Origin: a virus
Taxonomy: Duplodnaviria; Heunggongvirae; Uroviricota; Caudoviricetes
Reading direction: 5' to 3' (one strand)
DNA: 42,811 nt
Virus record (IMG/VR): IMGVR_UViG_3300013126_000013
The notes under the pieces were generated by a model. That model was not told where the DNA came from. It made no database searches and was given only the letters and a program-made list of their open reading frames with translations. Within the stretch, counting starts at the first letter, position 1, and each line of letters starts with the position of its first letter. Both the position numbers and the translations under genes were made by a program. Positions 15,501-25,634 of this stretch are shown in pieces.

Positions 15501-17970
15501 GATATGACGAATTCTCTGCTGGTACGCCTTTAATCAACTCAAAATCGCCATTTTGGTCGATAACAAGAAGATCTTTTCTGCTTAGGTAGTATGAATACTT
15601 TGTGTTAATCTTCTGTCTTGGTGCTGGGAATTCGAGGTTAGCAAATGTCTCGGTGAGTGCAGGGTTAATTGTAGCACTTGATGCAGTTTCAGAATATGCT
15701 GCAGTATTTGAAGCATATGGTCGAAGATCGATCACATCTCTTAGATAGTACTTATTACCATCAGCTGCGGTGTATGACGGAATGCTTTCAGTGCGAATAG
15801 CGTTTGCTGGAAGAGTAGTTGATGCATCGTCAACTGGATAGCTGTCAACCGTAAAGAAGTGGCCAGTTGAATCGCCCTTCTTAAAGACTTTTGCTTTCAC
15901 AATAAGTTTATCGTTTGCACCAACGGTAAAAGATCTCTTCTTACGAATTCTTGAGAGACCATAATAGTCGTCGTGCTGATTTGCGAGAAGATCAAACTGA
16001 GTTGTTACGTTGTTTGTTGCGCTTCCGTCGGTAGCATTTGTTTCAAGAGTTGCCCATGCAGTTGCACTAGTGCCTCTCCACACACCTTCGACGCTATACA
16101 CATCTGGCAATCCAAGAGAATACACGCCTGACACACCGTTTACGTTGGTGTTGGCTTGAACCTTCACGTATACAGTTCTCAACAATTTGTCGTCAAACGC
16201 AACCGGTGTTCTTTGAGCATTGTAGTAAATCGAGACTGGAAGAGAGGTACCAGGATTCTTTACGAGATTGATCGTGATGTAATTCAGGTTCGAATCAAGC
16301 GTTGCCGAAGAGATTTCGAGGATTTCGCCGTTAGCAACTACCACACCAGCTGCAGCCTTTGCACTTACGATAAAATCAAGAAGATCATCGCTTGTGAGTG
16401 CACCACTTGCATAAGGGAAAATGTCTGCAGTACTAAAGCTGAAAGCGTTTGATGTAATTGTAACATCAGTAGAAGTTCTGTAGATAAAACTTGTTTCGGT
16501 TTCATCGACAGATTTAATGAACGACTTACCGGTTGGGAAGAACAACTTATTGAAAGAAGCATCAACGAGTACTGCGTTTCCGCCAACAAGTGTGACGGTT
16601 GCAGTTCCAAGAGCAGATTCGATAATACGAGTATCCTTGAAGGAGTAACCCGATCCCATCTTCACTGCAAAGATATAGAGGCGGTATGCAGAAGCGCTTT
16701 CCTTAGTAACCGAACGTACTCGTGCAGTACCAATTGTTGTGCCACCGTTATTTTTAAGGTTAACTTGTTCGAACGTAGTAAAGTCAAATCTGCCAGTATA
16801 GCTAGTGGCGTTGACATACATACCGTAATTCGTATTGATGTCTTGATTTTCGACTGTGCTAAACGTATTTGCTTCATCAATAGGAAGTTTGATTTCATTT
16901 AGAAGTTCAACGCGCTGGCCATCGACATATGCTAGACCAGCACCAACATAAGCATTAATATTTGTTGGAGTAACCGGATCCTTATCAGAACGAATTTTGA
17001 AACGAGACACCACATAGTCCCCAGACTCTTCAGCAGTACGGCGTTCCATTTCTTTTTCGATAGTGCTATACTGTGTCTGTAGTCTGCGGCGAACTACTTT
17101 GCCATTGGCATATTCTTGAATAGCGAAGAAAGTTTCATCTTCCTTTGCTTCTGCAATTGTCTTCACGACAAGAGATGGGGTTAGCTGAAGACGATCTGCT
17201 CCTGGAGCATTGAAGTTATTAAAACCATTTGCGTTATCAAGAAGTGACGAATCCTCGTTACTGTCGACAATGCTTTCGGTTGTTTCGAAACCAACAACAA
17301 CTCCATCTGGAGAATTTGAATATTTCGAAACAATTGTAAGAGCATTTTCAAACCGAATGAAGTGACCCTTTTGATAAATGATACCTTCGCCACATCTTAC
17401 ACCATATCCAGTACCAATTGGTGCAGCATCTACTGTTGTACCGACAACAGTTAATAGGTGATAGTCGGTAACATAATCACCGTTAGCATCTTTCGATTTT
17501 AGTTGAATTTCTTCACCAGCAGCAAAGGTCTTCACGTTAGTATTTGCTACAACGTTGCCTTTTGTGTACTTCAAAAATAATGTGCTGAGGTTCGGAGACT
17601 GAGATTCAAGTCCATACTCGGTAGCAATGATGATTGCTTCTACACCAGTTTGCTGGCCAACAGCTTTCATGCCGACATACTGATTCACGTCAGTTGATAC
17701 TTCTGCACCAGATGTATTCTTTGCGATGTCAAGAACTTTAACATAAGGCAATCTTTTTTCTTCAACGAAGTTACCACCCTGAATGATGGTGCCCTCAGTC
17801 AGAATATTATCGCCGAATCTTTCAATTTGATTCTGAAGAATAGTTTGTAGTTGTGTAAGTTCACGAGCTTGCACAGCGACTGCAGGCTTAAACAAAACCC
17901 TATGAAAGTTTTTTGCTTCATCAAAATCGTCAAAGTACGGCGATTGATTAAAGTCGGTGTTAAGACCCAT
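12511..17970 (-). CDS. Large virion structural protein, DUF4815/VrlC-like (1819 aa)
   Basis: N-terminus FNQSPYFDDFD..KNFHRVLFKP..AVQARELTQLQTILQNQIERFG; DPLAQTF; C-terminal Y..FAVKIVL......PRLKDLR. Confidence 0.88.
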   Translation of the reverse strand: MGLNTDFNQSPYFDDFDEAKNFHRVLFKPAVAVQARELTQLQTILQNQIERFGDNILTEGTIIQGGNFVEEKRLPYVKVLDIAKNTSGAEVSTDVNQYVGMKAVGQQTGVEAIIIATEYGLESQSPNLSTLFLKYTKGNVVANTNVKTFAAGEEIQLKSKDANGDYVTDYHLLTVVGTTVDAAPIGTGYGVRCGEGIIYQKGHFIRFENALTIVSKYSNSPDGVVVGFETTESIVDSNEDSSLLDNANGFNNFNAPGADRLQLTPSLVVKTIAEAKEDETFFAIQEYANGKVVRRRLQTQYSTIEKEMERRTAEESGDYVVSRFKIRSDKDPVTPTNINAYVGAGLAYVDGQRVELLNEIKLPIDEANTFSTVENQDINTNYGMYVNATSYTGRFDFTTFEQVNLKNNGGTTIGTARVRSVTKESASAYRLYIFAVKMGSGYSFKDTRIIESALGTATVTLVGGNAVLVDASFNKLFFPTGKSFIKSVDETETSFIYRTSTDVTITSNAFSFSTADIFPYASGALTSDDLLDFIVSAKAAAGVVVANGEILEISSATLDSNLNYITINLVKNPGTSLPVSIYYNAQRTPVAFDDKLLRTVYVKVQANTNVNGVSGVYSLGLPDVYSVEGVWRGTSATAWATLETNATDGSATNNVTTQFDLLANQHDDYYGLSRIRKKRSFTVGANDKLIVKAKVFKKGDSTGHFFTVDSYPVDDASTTLPANAIRTESIPSYTAADGNKYYLRDVIDLRPYASNTAAYSETASSATINPALTETFANLEFPAPRQKINTKYSYYLSRKDLLVIDQNGDFELIKGVPAENSSYPAEPTKGMLLARLDIPPFPTLDTNTANRIGKPEYGVSIESNQTRRYTMKDIGGIDKRISNLEYYTSLSILENKAKDFLVTDSSGADRFKNGIFVDNFKNLFLADVNGGEFAAAIDTTLDNITPKIRQYNLALKYSTGTNVTKFSNKAVTLNKTDYVLESASQAYATALKNCTTSFYNYVGKMQINPTYDTGPDTVRAPAINFETDLATPFIEYTEALNEVIPLTTTQRNQLTNRVTQITTTELQTGTGQATTQNLGDFVTDVNFLPYMRSRDIQIRVVGLRPNTRFFFFFDGVDVNNHVVNGIEPEAEQLADGIIVARKQSFNGSASVILSDSDGVLRAVFRLPANTFFVGDRKLEILDVTDIADKDAATSYSSTNYSAFNFAVTKTNLSTTTIPPQFDLVTTVETQTRGRGSDPLAQTFIIDPDASSDTNVFITKLDLYFAKKSRAGKGVGIQIREVQNGFPTGPALPFASVYLKASQVNAGTVTPASNALTATTITFEAPVALRTNTEYAIVIAPDGNDPDYLVWISRTGERDVDTGVAVVADTNAGVLFTSTNARTWTPYQNENLKFTLHAARFANATGDVTLTNDNHEFFTISDLTGTFNDAEEVFIQKGSYLTGTVTLVEGNNIVTGSATTFTSDYTVNSHIVTYNGSTYQTLKIKTINSDTQMTLFEPSRYSASALAAHYTSPVGKLIYFNANEPAKMILEGSTAKAGFVFAAGNTIRGEASGATVNVVSVDDLNISYMQPMISRANFSKTRTSLVASKLYNGTATDSRNISFNATNYLTNDSYVIQSRSNNTGTASFTFTVNMLNTSTTTKDTSPLINLDASSVMIGEYMVNSTVTDADERVGLGDASAKYVSRMIQLADGMDAEDTRILLGAYKPTSTDIRVYAKFLSSTDPRNFKEVEWTRLYIKPETDSTSSSVNREDYREFEYQLGTTTLGNGLGAYMNSDTINYKDPDGALYTNYKYFAVKIVLLADSYNLVPRLKDLRVLALS

Positions 17971-17985
17971 TATTACTTACCTCTA

Positions 17986-20067
17986 TTAAAATTCGATGAC
18001 AAGTTTGATTCTTTCAGTTTGATCAGCGTCTCGAGTAATTGGCGCAAAGTTTTCAACATACATAATTTCGCCACTACCATCTACTAATTTATTCTTACTT
18101 GAATCGATTCCAGTCAATGATGCAATTGCTTGGGATGTTTGACCCTTAAAGCTATTTATTGTGTTTGTTTCATCATCGCTTAAAAGAAATGCACTATGCC
18201 CACCTGTTACTGCAATAGTTCCTGTTGTACCACTAATATTTACTTCATGAACAACTGCAACCGCAGTCGCGTCTAGTGTATTATCATAGTCTGTCACTGT
18301 TGCAGTTGCACCAGAAGTTAGACCTGTTACCGCATTATTTACTGTAAAATAACTCGTAGGAGAAGATATTGTTAAGACGTTTGTATATCGAGCAACAATT
18401 ATGCCTGTTGCGGTAATAGGACTATTGTTCTGTGATATTGTTTCACCATCAACAAAAGCATAAGCAATGTCTGTGCCTGACAATCTCAGTTTAATTACAT
18501 TTGTAGCTAGAGTTTGAGACAATCCTGACTGCACAACAGTCTCGTCTTCAATAAATCCGCCATATGCCGGAAGACCCGCGTCAAGTATCTCAACTTGATA
18601 GATATCTCTTTGATCAAATGTTTGGAATGATCTGTCTATTGAATCAATTAGAGCAGTTCCTCCGCTCGTAGATCCAATGATGTGTGTGTTATTTGCTCCC
18701 ACTTCAGACGTCTCAAAGAATCCTCGAATATTTGTAATCGATACGGTATTTGCTGAAGACCCAGAGATTGTAGCAAAAGCGCCGGTCGATTCTTGAGTAA
18801 TAACTTCTCCAGTTTGTAATCCAGTTGAAGCGACCGTTGTCGTTAGTTGCAGATTTCCATCTTTAAAGAATGGGTCTTTGATAATAGAGATTTTTCTATA
18901 ATCGTTTTCTACCGGAATGGTGTTTGACTCTGATCCTTCGAATTCGACAGATATTCCAACTTTACTTGCATAGAGTTCGTTAATTATTTCTCCACCATGA
19001 CCGTTTGGTGGAGAAATAATTGCTCTTGCAACAGCAGATGTAGTCGTCGCTACTGCTGTAGTACCAGTATTTCCTACAACCTCTACTGAAGCGAATTTGT
19101 AATCGGATCCTCGATTGATAATTTCGATAGTTGATATCGAACCGTTATCGGTATTTACGACTGCTCGAGCTTTTGCATTAGAGCCATCTCCACCAATAAA
19201 CACACGAGGAGCAATAACGAATGTGCTTGTTCTGTTCGGTAGTGTTTCAAACGGGTGATCAATAACAATCGTGCGCTCAACGCCGGTGGTAAAGTAGTCA
19301 ATAATAGTTCTGATCTCACCATCTCCTGGTCCACTATCAATGTAGATAGAGCAGTTTTCATAGAAGCTGTCATTTGCCGATAGTGTTACATCTGAACTTT
19401 CGAGTGTATAATAGAGAGGATCACCGCCAAGCGCTGATTCTTTGATATTACCAGTCGCGTAACTACGATATGAAGAACCGCCGTCTTCGACTATAATTGT
19501 ATCAATAGAACCAGAAACTGCATTTGCTGTGACGTCAGCATTCACGAAGAGCGGAGCATAATTAGTAGTAGCAAACTTAAACCATTGTGCTGCCGTAATG
19601 GTGTACATATATTTCCACTGATAGCCATCAGCAGTTACATAAAAGTCGTCGTCTGGTGCGGTTTCAGAGCGGCGAGGCTGGGACGTGGAAGCAACGCCAC
19701 CGTTATTGTTTAAGCATTTGAAAACGTGATATTCGTTTGCTTCTTGAGATATCACATAAAAATTAGTTAATTCAAGATCAGCTGTTTGGTGGTCGTACAT
19801 GCCATAGACTGTTCCGGAAGTCCACTGTACGTTTCGAATCATGTGCACAACATCAGAACTTAATATGTGCTTACCAAAGATAAGCTCGTCATACATGTCA
19901 TAATGAGCAGCTGAAACGCTGTTGACCGGAGTAGGCGGAAGCGAATCACTCGGAAATGGAGTATTTCGGTGAGCTCCAAGATAATAAATGGTATTTTGTG
20001 GTTCTGTTAAAGATTCTACAAACTGCTTAGCAGAATGAGTTCTAAACTTATTTGTGATCAGTTTCAT
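17986..20067 (-). CDS. gp8: Baseplate wedge protein gp8-like, elongated (693 aa)
   Basis: LITNKFR..SA..FVE, W.SGTVY.MYD, VFKCLNNNGG, DGYQWKYMYTI, terminal DQTERIKLVIEF. Confidence 0.9.
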   Translation of the reverse strand: MKLITNKFRTHSAKQFVESLTEPQNTIYYLGAHRNTPFPSDSLPPTPVNSVSAAHYDMYDELIFGKHILSSDVVHMIRNVQWTSGTVYGMYDHQTADLELTNFYVISQEANEYHVFKCLNNNGGVASTSQPRRSETAPDDDFYVTADGYQWKYMYTITAAQWFKFATTNYAPLFVNADVTANAVSGSIDTIIVEDGGSSYRSYATGNIKESALGGDPLYYTLESSDVTLSANDSFYENCSIYIDSGPGDGEIRTIIDYFTTGVERTIVIDHPFETLPNRTSTFVIAPRVFIGGDGSNAKARAVVNTDNGSISTIEIINRGSDYKFASVEVVGNTGTTAVATTTSAVARAIISPPNGHGGEIINELYASKVGISVEFEGSESNTIPVENDYRKISIIKDPFFKDGNLQLTTTVASTGLQTGEVITQESTGAFATISGSSANTVSITNIRGFFETSEVGANNTHIIGSTSGGTALIDSIDRSFQTFDQRDIYQVEILDAGLPAYGGFIEDETVVQSGLSQTLATNVIKLRLSGTDIAYAFVDGETISQNNSPITATGIIVARYTNVLTISSPTSYFTVNNAVTGLTSGATATVTDYDNTLDATAVAVVHEVNISGTTGTIAVTGGHSAFLLSDDETNTINSFKGQTSQAIASLTGIDSSKNKLVDGSGEIMYVENFAPITRDADQTERIKLVIEF

Positions 20068-20082
20068 TTATTATCCTTGCAA

Positions 20083-23000
20083 TTACACTGCATCTATAGT
20101 AATACTGCTTTCAATGATCGTGGTCGGAGTTGACACATGAGAAGATTTCACTACACTACCAAACATTCTTGTTCCGGCAACGTGGAATACTTTCTTCAAA
20201 ATTCTCTCATAACGATTCAACGATAGACCTGACAATACATCGTAAGAATATTCTTGATAGTATTTATTGTCGTGAATTTTCTTTTCTGAATTCAAGTGAG
20301 AATTTGTAGTTCTCCAATATCCTTGGCTTGTACCTTGGCGTTGTGTTTTGGTTGTGGCAGTAATAATGAATTGATTGCCTTCTCTTTCCAGAATAACCGG
20401 ACCGTTGTTAATGTAACCAAAGCCAGAATCAACCACTTCCAGACCAGTCGCAACACCAGAAGCAGAAATTGCTTCAACATAGATATGCGCGTTATGACCG
20501 ATAGGTAAAGAATTTTCATCGGTATATGCTTCGACAAGCGTAGCTCGAGCACCCGTAACACTTCCTACTAGATCATAGCCGTCTGTGAATGAAATTGCAA
20601 CAGACTTGCGAGTGAGATAAATTTCGCCTGTACCGGCAGTTATGTTTACTGCACTAATCACACCCTTTACTGAAACTGAAGCACCAATGACCTGTGTAAT
20701 CTCTTCTCCAATTGCGAATGAACCATTTGTCATTCCGGTTATTCTTAGAACAAGATCTCGGCGATTATATGCTGCAACGTATCTGTTTCTCACATCAATG
20801 AAGGGTGCTGCCGTGTATTCTGTACCTGGGTTGATTCTCGACAAGAGAGAAATTCCACCAATGTCCATGACGGAAACATCGAGAGCGTCTGCGATGATGT
20901 TTCCACTTTCGGCATTCGGATTCTTTGGGAAGCCGTACCCATAATCCATTTCTACTGCAAGAGTTGCGTCAACTCCAGCACCGTTTCCTGGTAGTATAAG
21001 AGTTGGTTCCTGATAATAACCTGAGCCTGGGACATCTACCGTTACATCCGTTATAGTTCCATTTACATTGCATGTGATAAAAGCGCTTGCTGGAGCAGTG
21101 GGAGTACCGTTAGCAAACCCGCCTCCGACAAAAGTAATTCTATCGTTCGTAGTATATCCTGTCCCGCCGCTGGTAATGTCAACGCCGCTCACTAAACCAA
21201 ACCCAGAATTTTGTCCATTAATTTGAATTTCCGAGTATGGAACACCAGCGATGTTTGTGCCGCCCACAACATCAGTGTAAACCGTAACATTTTCTTCTAC
21301 GTTTGAAAGCGCTCCAATTTCAAAGTTTGCGCCTTTGCCACCAGGAATTCTGTTAATTTGTGATTGAATCTCAATGATAGTATTATTTGAATATCGAGGA
21401 GGAGAAAGAAGATCTTCACGTTTAGTATACACATACGAGGTGTAGCTATTCGAATAAAAGAATGGTGAAGTATTGCCGTAGACACCGATAGCCGATGTAT
21501 TCTGACCGATAATAATTCCTTCAACATACGCACTATTTGCTAAACTAATGATGCCATTTGAATTGTTATTTGCTTCTAAATATACGAGAATAGCACCAGC
21601 GTCAGTGTTAGTATTCACCGTATACACTAAATTAGATTTGTCACCTTTGATCTGCTTTGTTGTATCAAAGTCGCCAAACACTACATCTACAATAATTGTA
21701 TTCGACGAATTATCAATACTTGAAACCGTGCCTCGAGCTCCAATATAATCATTTGGAATTGTGACTGAAGACGGAAGAGCTTCAGCAGAGCTAGTTTTTC
21801 CTACAATAACAGTATTTGATGTTGTACTAAAAGTTCCCCATGATGGCTCAAGTACGACACACGCAGTATTTGATTCTGCTGAAACATATTCACCATACAC
21901 GTAATTAATTAGAACATCGTACTGATTCGCCGTAAAGGTTATTGATCCAGCTGTAAGAGGAGTTTTATTTAGTTTAATTTGAGTAGAATTGAGAACGCTT
22001 GCGATGCGAGTACCAGAACGGAAAGCTCCGGTTCCACTCGTTTTTGCTAGAGGCTGGCCCGCTATTAAGTTACTTGTCGAAGCAACAGTAATAATTGTAT
22101 TCCCTAGCGTGAGCGTGGATGTTAAGCCTGCAACAACGGTTCCGTACGTTTCATATACGTGCTGCTCTACAGTCTCTCCGTTTGTAAAAGTACCGGTAGG
22201 ACTCGTAACTGCGATGATGTTTTTACTTTCTTCAGTAATCGTTTCTCCGATAGAATATCCGATATTATTGCTGCTCAGAGTTAAGGCTCGTTGTGCGGCA
22301 AAAGAACCAGAAGACGTCAGTATTTTAATGATGCCGTTACTTGAAGCAGATTGTGTGATAGCGCCATTCGCTACCGTATTCGAGACGGAAACGATTGTGC
22401 CATTTGCAACAAGCGCACCATTACTAGTTCTTCCGATAATATATTTTCCAATCAAGCTGTTCGCAGAAAGAATATCACCTGCGCTTTGAACGTTAATTAC
22501 TTCAATTGGCTGATAAACTTTTTCGTATTGTAGATACGACTGATCTGGGTTATTAATGAAAAGTATGGCATTTGAAAGATAGACGTCAGTAAGTCCGTCT
22601 GTAGTAAATCCCCATCCGCCATCAATGATGGTAAAGTCTACTCGACCGGTAGCGTCGACAATACTTGTAACTTTTACTCGACCTTGTTTACCTTCATCAG
22701 TAACTACTTCGAATACGTCACCAACTGAGTTATTACGTCCACCGAGGACCACGTCAAGTGACGTCATAGATCCTTTAATACGAGGTGATCCAGCAATAAC
22801 TCCGTTGTCTGTTACTCGTTCACCTGTTATAAAGTTGCCACGAAGACCACTTAAGTAAAATACGTCAAATATCTTACCTTTGATTCTTTTGCGAACGATA
22901 CTTTCAACAAAAGCTTTCGCGCCAGATTTTACGCCAGTAATTTCCTTATCAAGAAAAGAAGCGTTACGTGGAGAAACAGTAACTTCAAGATACGACGGCT

Positions 23001-23412
23001 TATACCAGTCTGAGTCAGAAGGTTTAAGAACGTCTTCACCTGGGTAATAAACACTTACATCTTCTTCAAATAAAAGTTTCATTAAAAGAGCGAGAGACTC
23101 TTTTGAACCCTTTGAGCGGTAATAATTGAGTATGTTTTTAATTGCGAACTTAGTATCAGTTCTAAATTTAAACGGAAAATCGGCCAAATATGTTTCTTTA
23201 AACGACTTTAAAAAATCATCCACTGAAGTATCAATATCACGTATATCGAACATTTGTCGTGATATTTTAGTAGCGTAACGATTATCTGATTCTAAAAACT
23301 CGTAATATGCTTTGGTGAAAGCGACTAATGCCTCGCCTTCTTCACGGTAGATATCAGGAAATTGCGTCTCAATTAATTGAGAGATGTCCTTAGTGAAGTT
23401 AACCATATTCAT
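20083..23412 (-). CDS. gp7: Baseplate wedge initiator gp7-like (1109 aa)
   Basis: ISQLIETQFPDIYRE...F.KAYYEFLE; YRSKGSKES; C-terminal KKIHDNKYYQEYSY...HVAGTRMFG. Confidence 0.88.
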   Translation of the reverse strand: MNMVNFTKDISQLIETQFPDIYREEGEALVAFTKAYYEFLESDNRYATKISRQMFDIRDIDTSVDDFLKSFKETYLADFPFKFRTDTKFAIKNILNYYRSKGSKESLALLMKLLFEEDVSVYYPGEDVLKPSDSDWYKPSYLEVTVSPRNASFLDKEITGVKSGAKAFVESIVRKRIKGKIFDVFYLSGLRGNFITGERVTDNGVIAGSPRIKGSMTSLDVVLGGRNNSVGDVFEVVTDEGKQGRVKVTSIVDATGRVDFTIIDGGWGFTTDGLTDVYLSNAILFINNPDQSYLQYEKVYQPIEVINVQSAGDILSANSLIGKYIIGRTSNGALVANGTIVSVSNTVANGAITQSASSNGIIKILTSSGSFAAQRALTLSSNNIGYSIGETITEESKNIIAVTSPTGTFTNGETVEQHVYETYGTVVAGLTSTLTLGNTIITVASTSNLIAGQPLAKTSGTGAFRSGTRIASVLNSTQIKLNKTPLTAGSITFTANQYDVLINYVYGEYVSAESNTACVVLEPSWGTFSTTSNTVIVGKTSSAEALPSSVTIPNDYIGARGTVSSIDNSSNTIIVDVVFGDFDTTKQIKGDKSNLVYTVNTNTDAGAILVYLEANNNSNGIISLANSAYVEGIIIGQNTSAIGVYGNTSPFFYSNSYTSYVYTKREDLLSPPRYSNNTIIEIQSQINRIPGGKGANFEIGALSNVEENVTVYTDVVGGTNIAGVPYSEIQINGQNSGFGLVSGVDITSGGTGYTTNDRITFVGGGFANGTPTAPASAFITCNVNGTITDVTVDVPGSGYYQEPTLILPGNGAGVDATLAVEMDYGYGFPKNPNAESGNIIADALDVSVMDIGGISLLSRINPGTEYTAAPFIDVRNRYVAAYNRRDLVLRITGMTNGSFAIGEEITQVIGASVSVKGVISAVNITAGTGEIYLTRKSVAISFTDGYDLVGSVTGARATLVEAYTDENSLPIGHNAHIYVEAISASGVATGLEVVDSGFGYINNGPVILEREGNQFIITATTKTQRQGTSQGYWRTTNSHLNSEKKIHDNKYYQEYSYDVLSGLSLNRYERILKKVFHVAGTRMFGSVVKSSHVSTPTTIIESSITIDAV

Positions 23413-25202
23413 TAGTCATTGACTCCAACTACGTTAATATTAACGTCGGATGTGTTCGGGCGGATTGATAGAATGCGAGATTTCGGCGCAGTAATCGTTT
23501 GTGCGACTGGGCGAGCAAACAACGAAATTTCTGATCCAGTATAAGCACTCACGTTCAAGTTTCGAATGATAACTCTACCGGTTGTGTAATTTACACTGCC
23601 AATGTTTTGATTGACGACCACAAAAGAATCGCCCTGTAGTCGAATAATTCTTAGAACGCCAAACCCATTATCTTTAATAAGACATTTGGCTCCGCGATAC
23701 GTAAACGTAGATGATCGAATCGCAGGCTTATGCGTAGTGTATACTTCTCCAGGTTCAATGTGCTGATCGCGAATGAGCTCGTTTCCGAATGAAATATCGA
23801 AGTTATTTGCAATGTTAAGCGCAGGATTCAGAGGAATAATCGGCAATACTTCAAGATCGTTTGAAATGATATTTGGATCTACAGAATCAATTACTGAAGA
23901 TAGATTTGATTGCTTAAAGCGAATTTTAAAATCGTTAAGATATGTATCGCTGTAATTTTGTAGAGCAGCAGTAACTTTCGAACGGATATCAGTTTCACCA
24001 AGAGCGGTCGTTTTTGTATTGAAGTAAACTGTAGTATTAACAGAAAGATACATAAAGTCTGGTGATATCACAAGCGGTTCGATACTCACCGGTGATCTTT
24101 CTCTTAAGAAAGAAGCGTATGTTCTTTTATTATTTTCAGATACACCATCTGCGTCTTTTACGTCAACTGCGATTACGACTCTTCCATAGCGTGGCGGAGT
24201 CAATTCTTCTCCGCCGTAAACCGAAACTGCCTGAATTTCTGGATAACGTGTCTTAAGAAGAATTTCGTAATCTGAAGCAGTGACTGCTCTATCTTGTACC
24301 TGAATTGAACGAGGAGCGTAATATTTAATTGATTCAATCGACTCGCGTTCAGCTCCTCCTTCAGAAGCAACTGAAAGAGTAACAACCGTTGGGTAACCTT
24401 GAATGTTCTCAGGTACAGCAAAACTTGTAATTCCGTTTGCTTCATCTGAGTTGGTGATCATATATTCGACATTGATCACGTTTCCTGCGATCGGCTGATA
24501 GCCGAAACTGTTTCTACCGAATACGATTTCGTACTTGTTATCTTCTGCAGCCTGAATATAAAATACCTTTGCGTCTGTTTCAACACCAAAGATAGAATTT
24601 CTGAGTGTGTATTCTGTAGAAGTAGTCGATGTGCTATTTTCTTTTATATAGACTCTTACCGTGCCAGTATTAACGGTGTCGTTTGATAGAATAAATCTTT
24701 CATTTAAATCGCCGAGTATCTCGAAGGATTCATTCACCCATGATCCTTCAATGATCTCGAGATTGCTGTATGAATAAGCGTTGTTAAGAGGATAGATTGT
24801 TACCGCAGACGTATTATAGAATGTAAAGGTCTTTGATCCACACTGTGCGTTAAACTTTGTCTTTGATGGAATAATAACAAACGAAGGACTGTCATTCACG
24901 TTTAATGTAATATTCACGCGAGCTCTTGCGCCGGTGCGTGAGCGCGGAATGTAGTTCAATCCTTTCGCATGAGATACGACTGACTCACGTAACTGAGCAG
25001 AGTCGAGAAACATCTCGTTGATTGCCATATTTGCATAAAAGTTATTTTGAAACGTATTGTAGGCAAGAACGTCAAGAAGAACGTTCATGTTTGAGCCTTC
25101 AAAATTGTAGTCTTTAAAGCGGTCCTGACCCTGCAAAAAGGCTTTTAGATTATCTTTGACCTGAGAAAAATCTAATTCAGTAATAGATGTTTGGACTGCC
25201 AT
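23412..25202 (-). CDS. gp6: Baseplate wedge subunit gp6 (596 aa)
   Basis: TELDF..VK.NLK.FL...FKDYNFEGS..NVLLDVLAYNT; QDRAVTASDYE. Confidence 0.95.
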   Translation of the reverse strand: MAVQTSITELDFSQVKDNLKAFLQGQDRFKDYNFEGSNMNVLLDVLAYNTFQNNFYANMAINEMFLDSAQLRESVVSHAKGLNYIPRSRTGARARVNITLNVNDSPSFVIIPSKTKFNAQCGSKTFTFYNTSAVTIYPLNNAYSYSNLEIIEGSWVNESFEILGDLNERFILSNDTVNTGTVRVYIKENSTSTTSTEYTLRNSIFGVETDAKVFYIQAAEDNKYEIVFGRNSFGYQPIAGNVINVEYMITNSDEANGITSFAVPENIQGYPTVVTLSVASEGGAERESIESIKYYAPRSIQVQDRAVTASDYEILLKTRYPEIQAVSVYGGEELTPPRYGRVVIAVDVKDADGVSENNKRTYASFLRERSPVSIEPLVISPDFMYLSVNTTVYFNTKTTALGETDIRSKVTAALQNYSDTYLNDFKIRFKQSNLSSVIDSVDPNIISNDLEVLPIIPLNPALNIANNFDISFGNELIRDQHIEPGEVYTTHKPAIRSSTFTYRGAKCLIKDNGFGVLRIIRLQGDSFVVVNQNIGSVNYTTGRVIIRNLNVSAYTGSEISLFARPVAQTITAPKSRILSIRPNTSDVNINVVGVND

Positions 25203-25609
25203 TATCTTACCCTATCGAGTGTGAGTGTGAGAACTACTGGTTCTTCTCTATTTATTATGTTAAACGTAACTATGATTCCAACATTATTTGAATCAAGCGA
25301 AGCGAGTATATCTATTCCAATAAGGCTACAACGTGGTTCATAGTTTTCAATCGTTGTTCGTATTAATTCTTTTGCAACAATGATTGTATCTGCAGAAATA
25401 TTCTCAAATAGCAACTGTCGAATATCGCACCCTACATCGGGCTGAAATAGCCTTTCTCCACGGTTCGTAAGAATCAAATTACGAATAGATTCTTTTACGG
25501 AGTTTTCATCTATCTTACGAGCAAGATCGGCGTTAACAAGACTCTGAGTCATGTCCTTAAAGAAGTCCGAATATGTTTCAGTTCTTCGTGAGAGAGGTGT
25601 AATTGCCAT
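25202..25609 (-). CDS. gp25: Baseplate wedge subunit gp25
   Basis: YSDF, SVKESIRNLILTNRGERLFQPDVG, IENYEPR. Confidence 0.95.
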   Translation of the reverse strand: MAITPLSRRTETYSDFFKDMTQSLVNADLARKIDENSVKESIRNLILTNRGERLFQPDVGCDIRQLLFENISADTIIVAKELIRTTIENYEPRCSLIGIDILASLDSNNVGIIVTFNIINREEPVVLTLTLDRVR

Positions 25610-25634
25610 GACTCTATATTCCTTTATTCAGTAT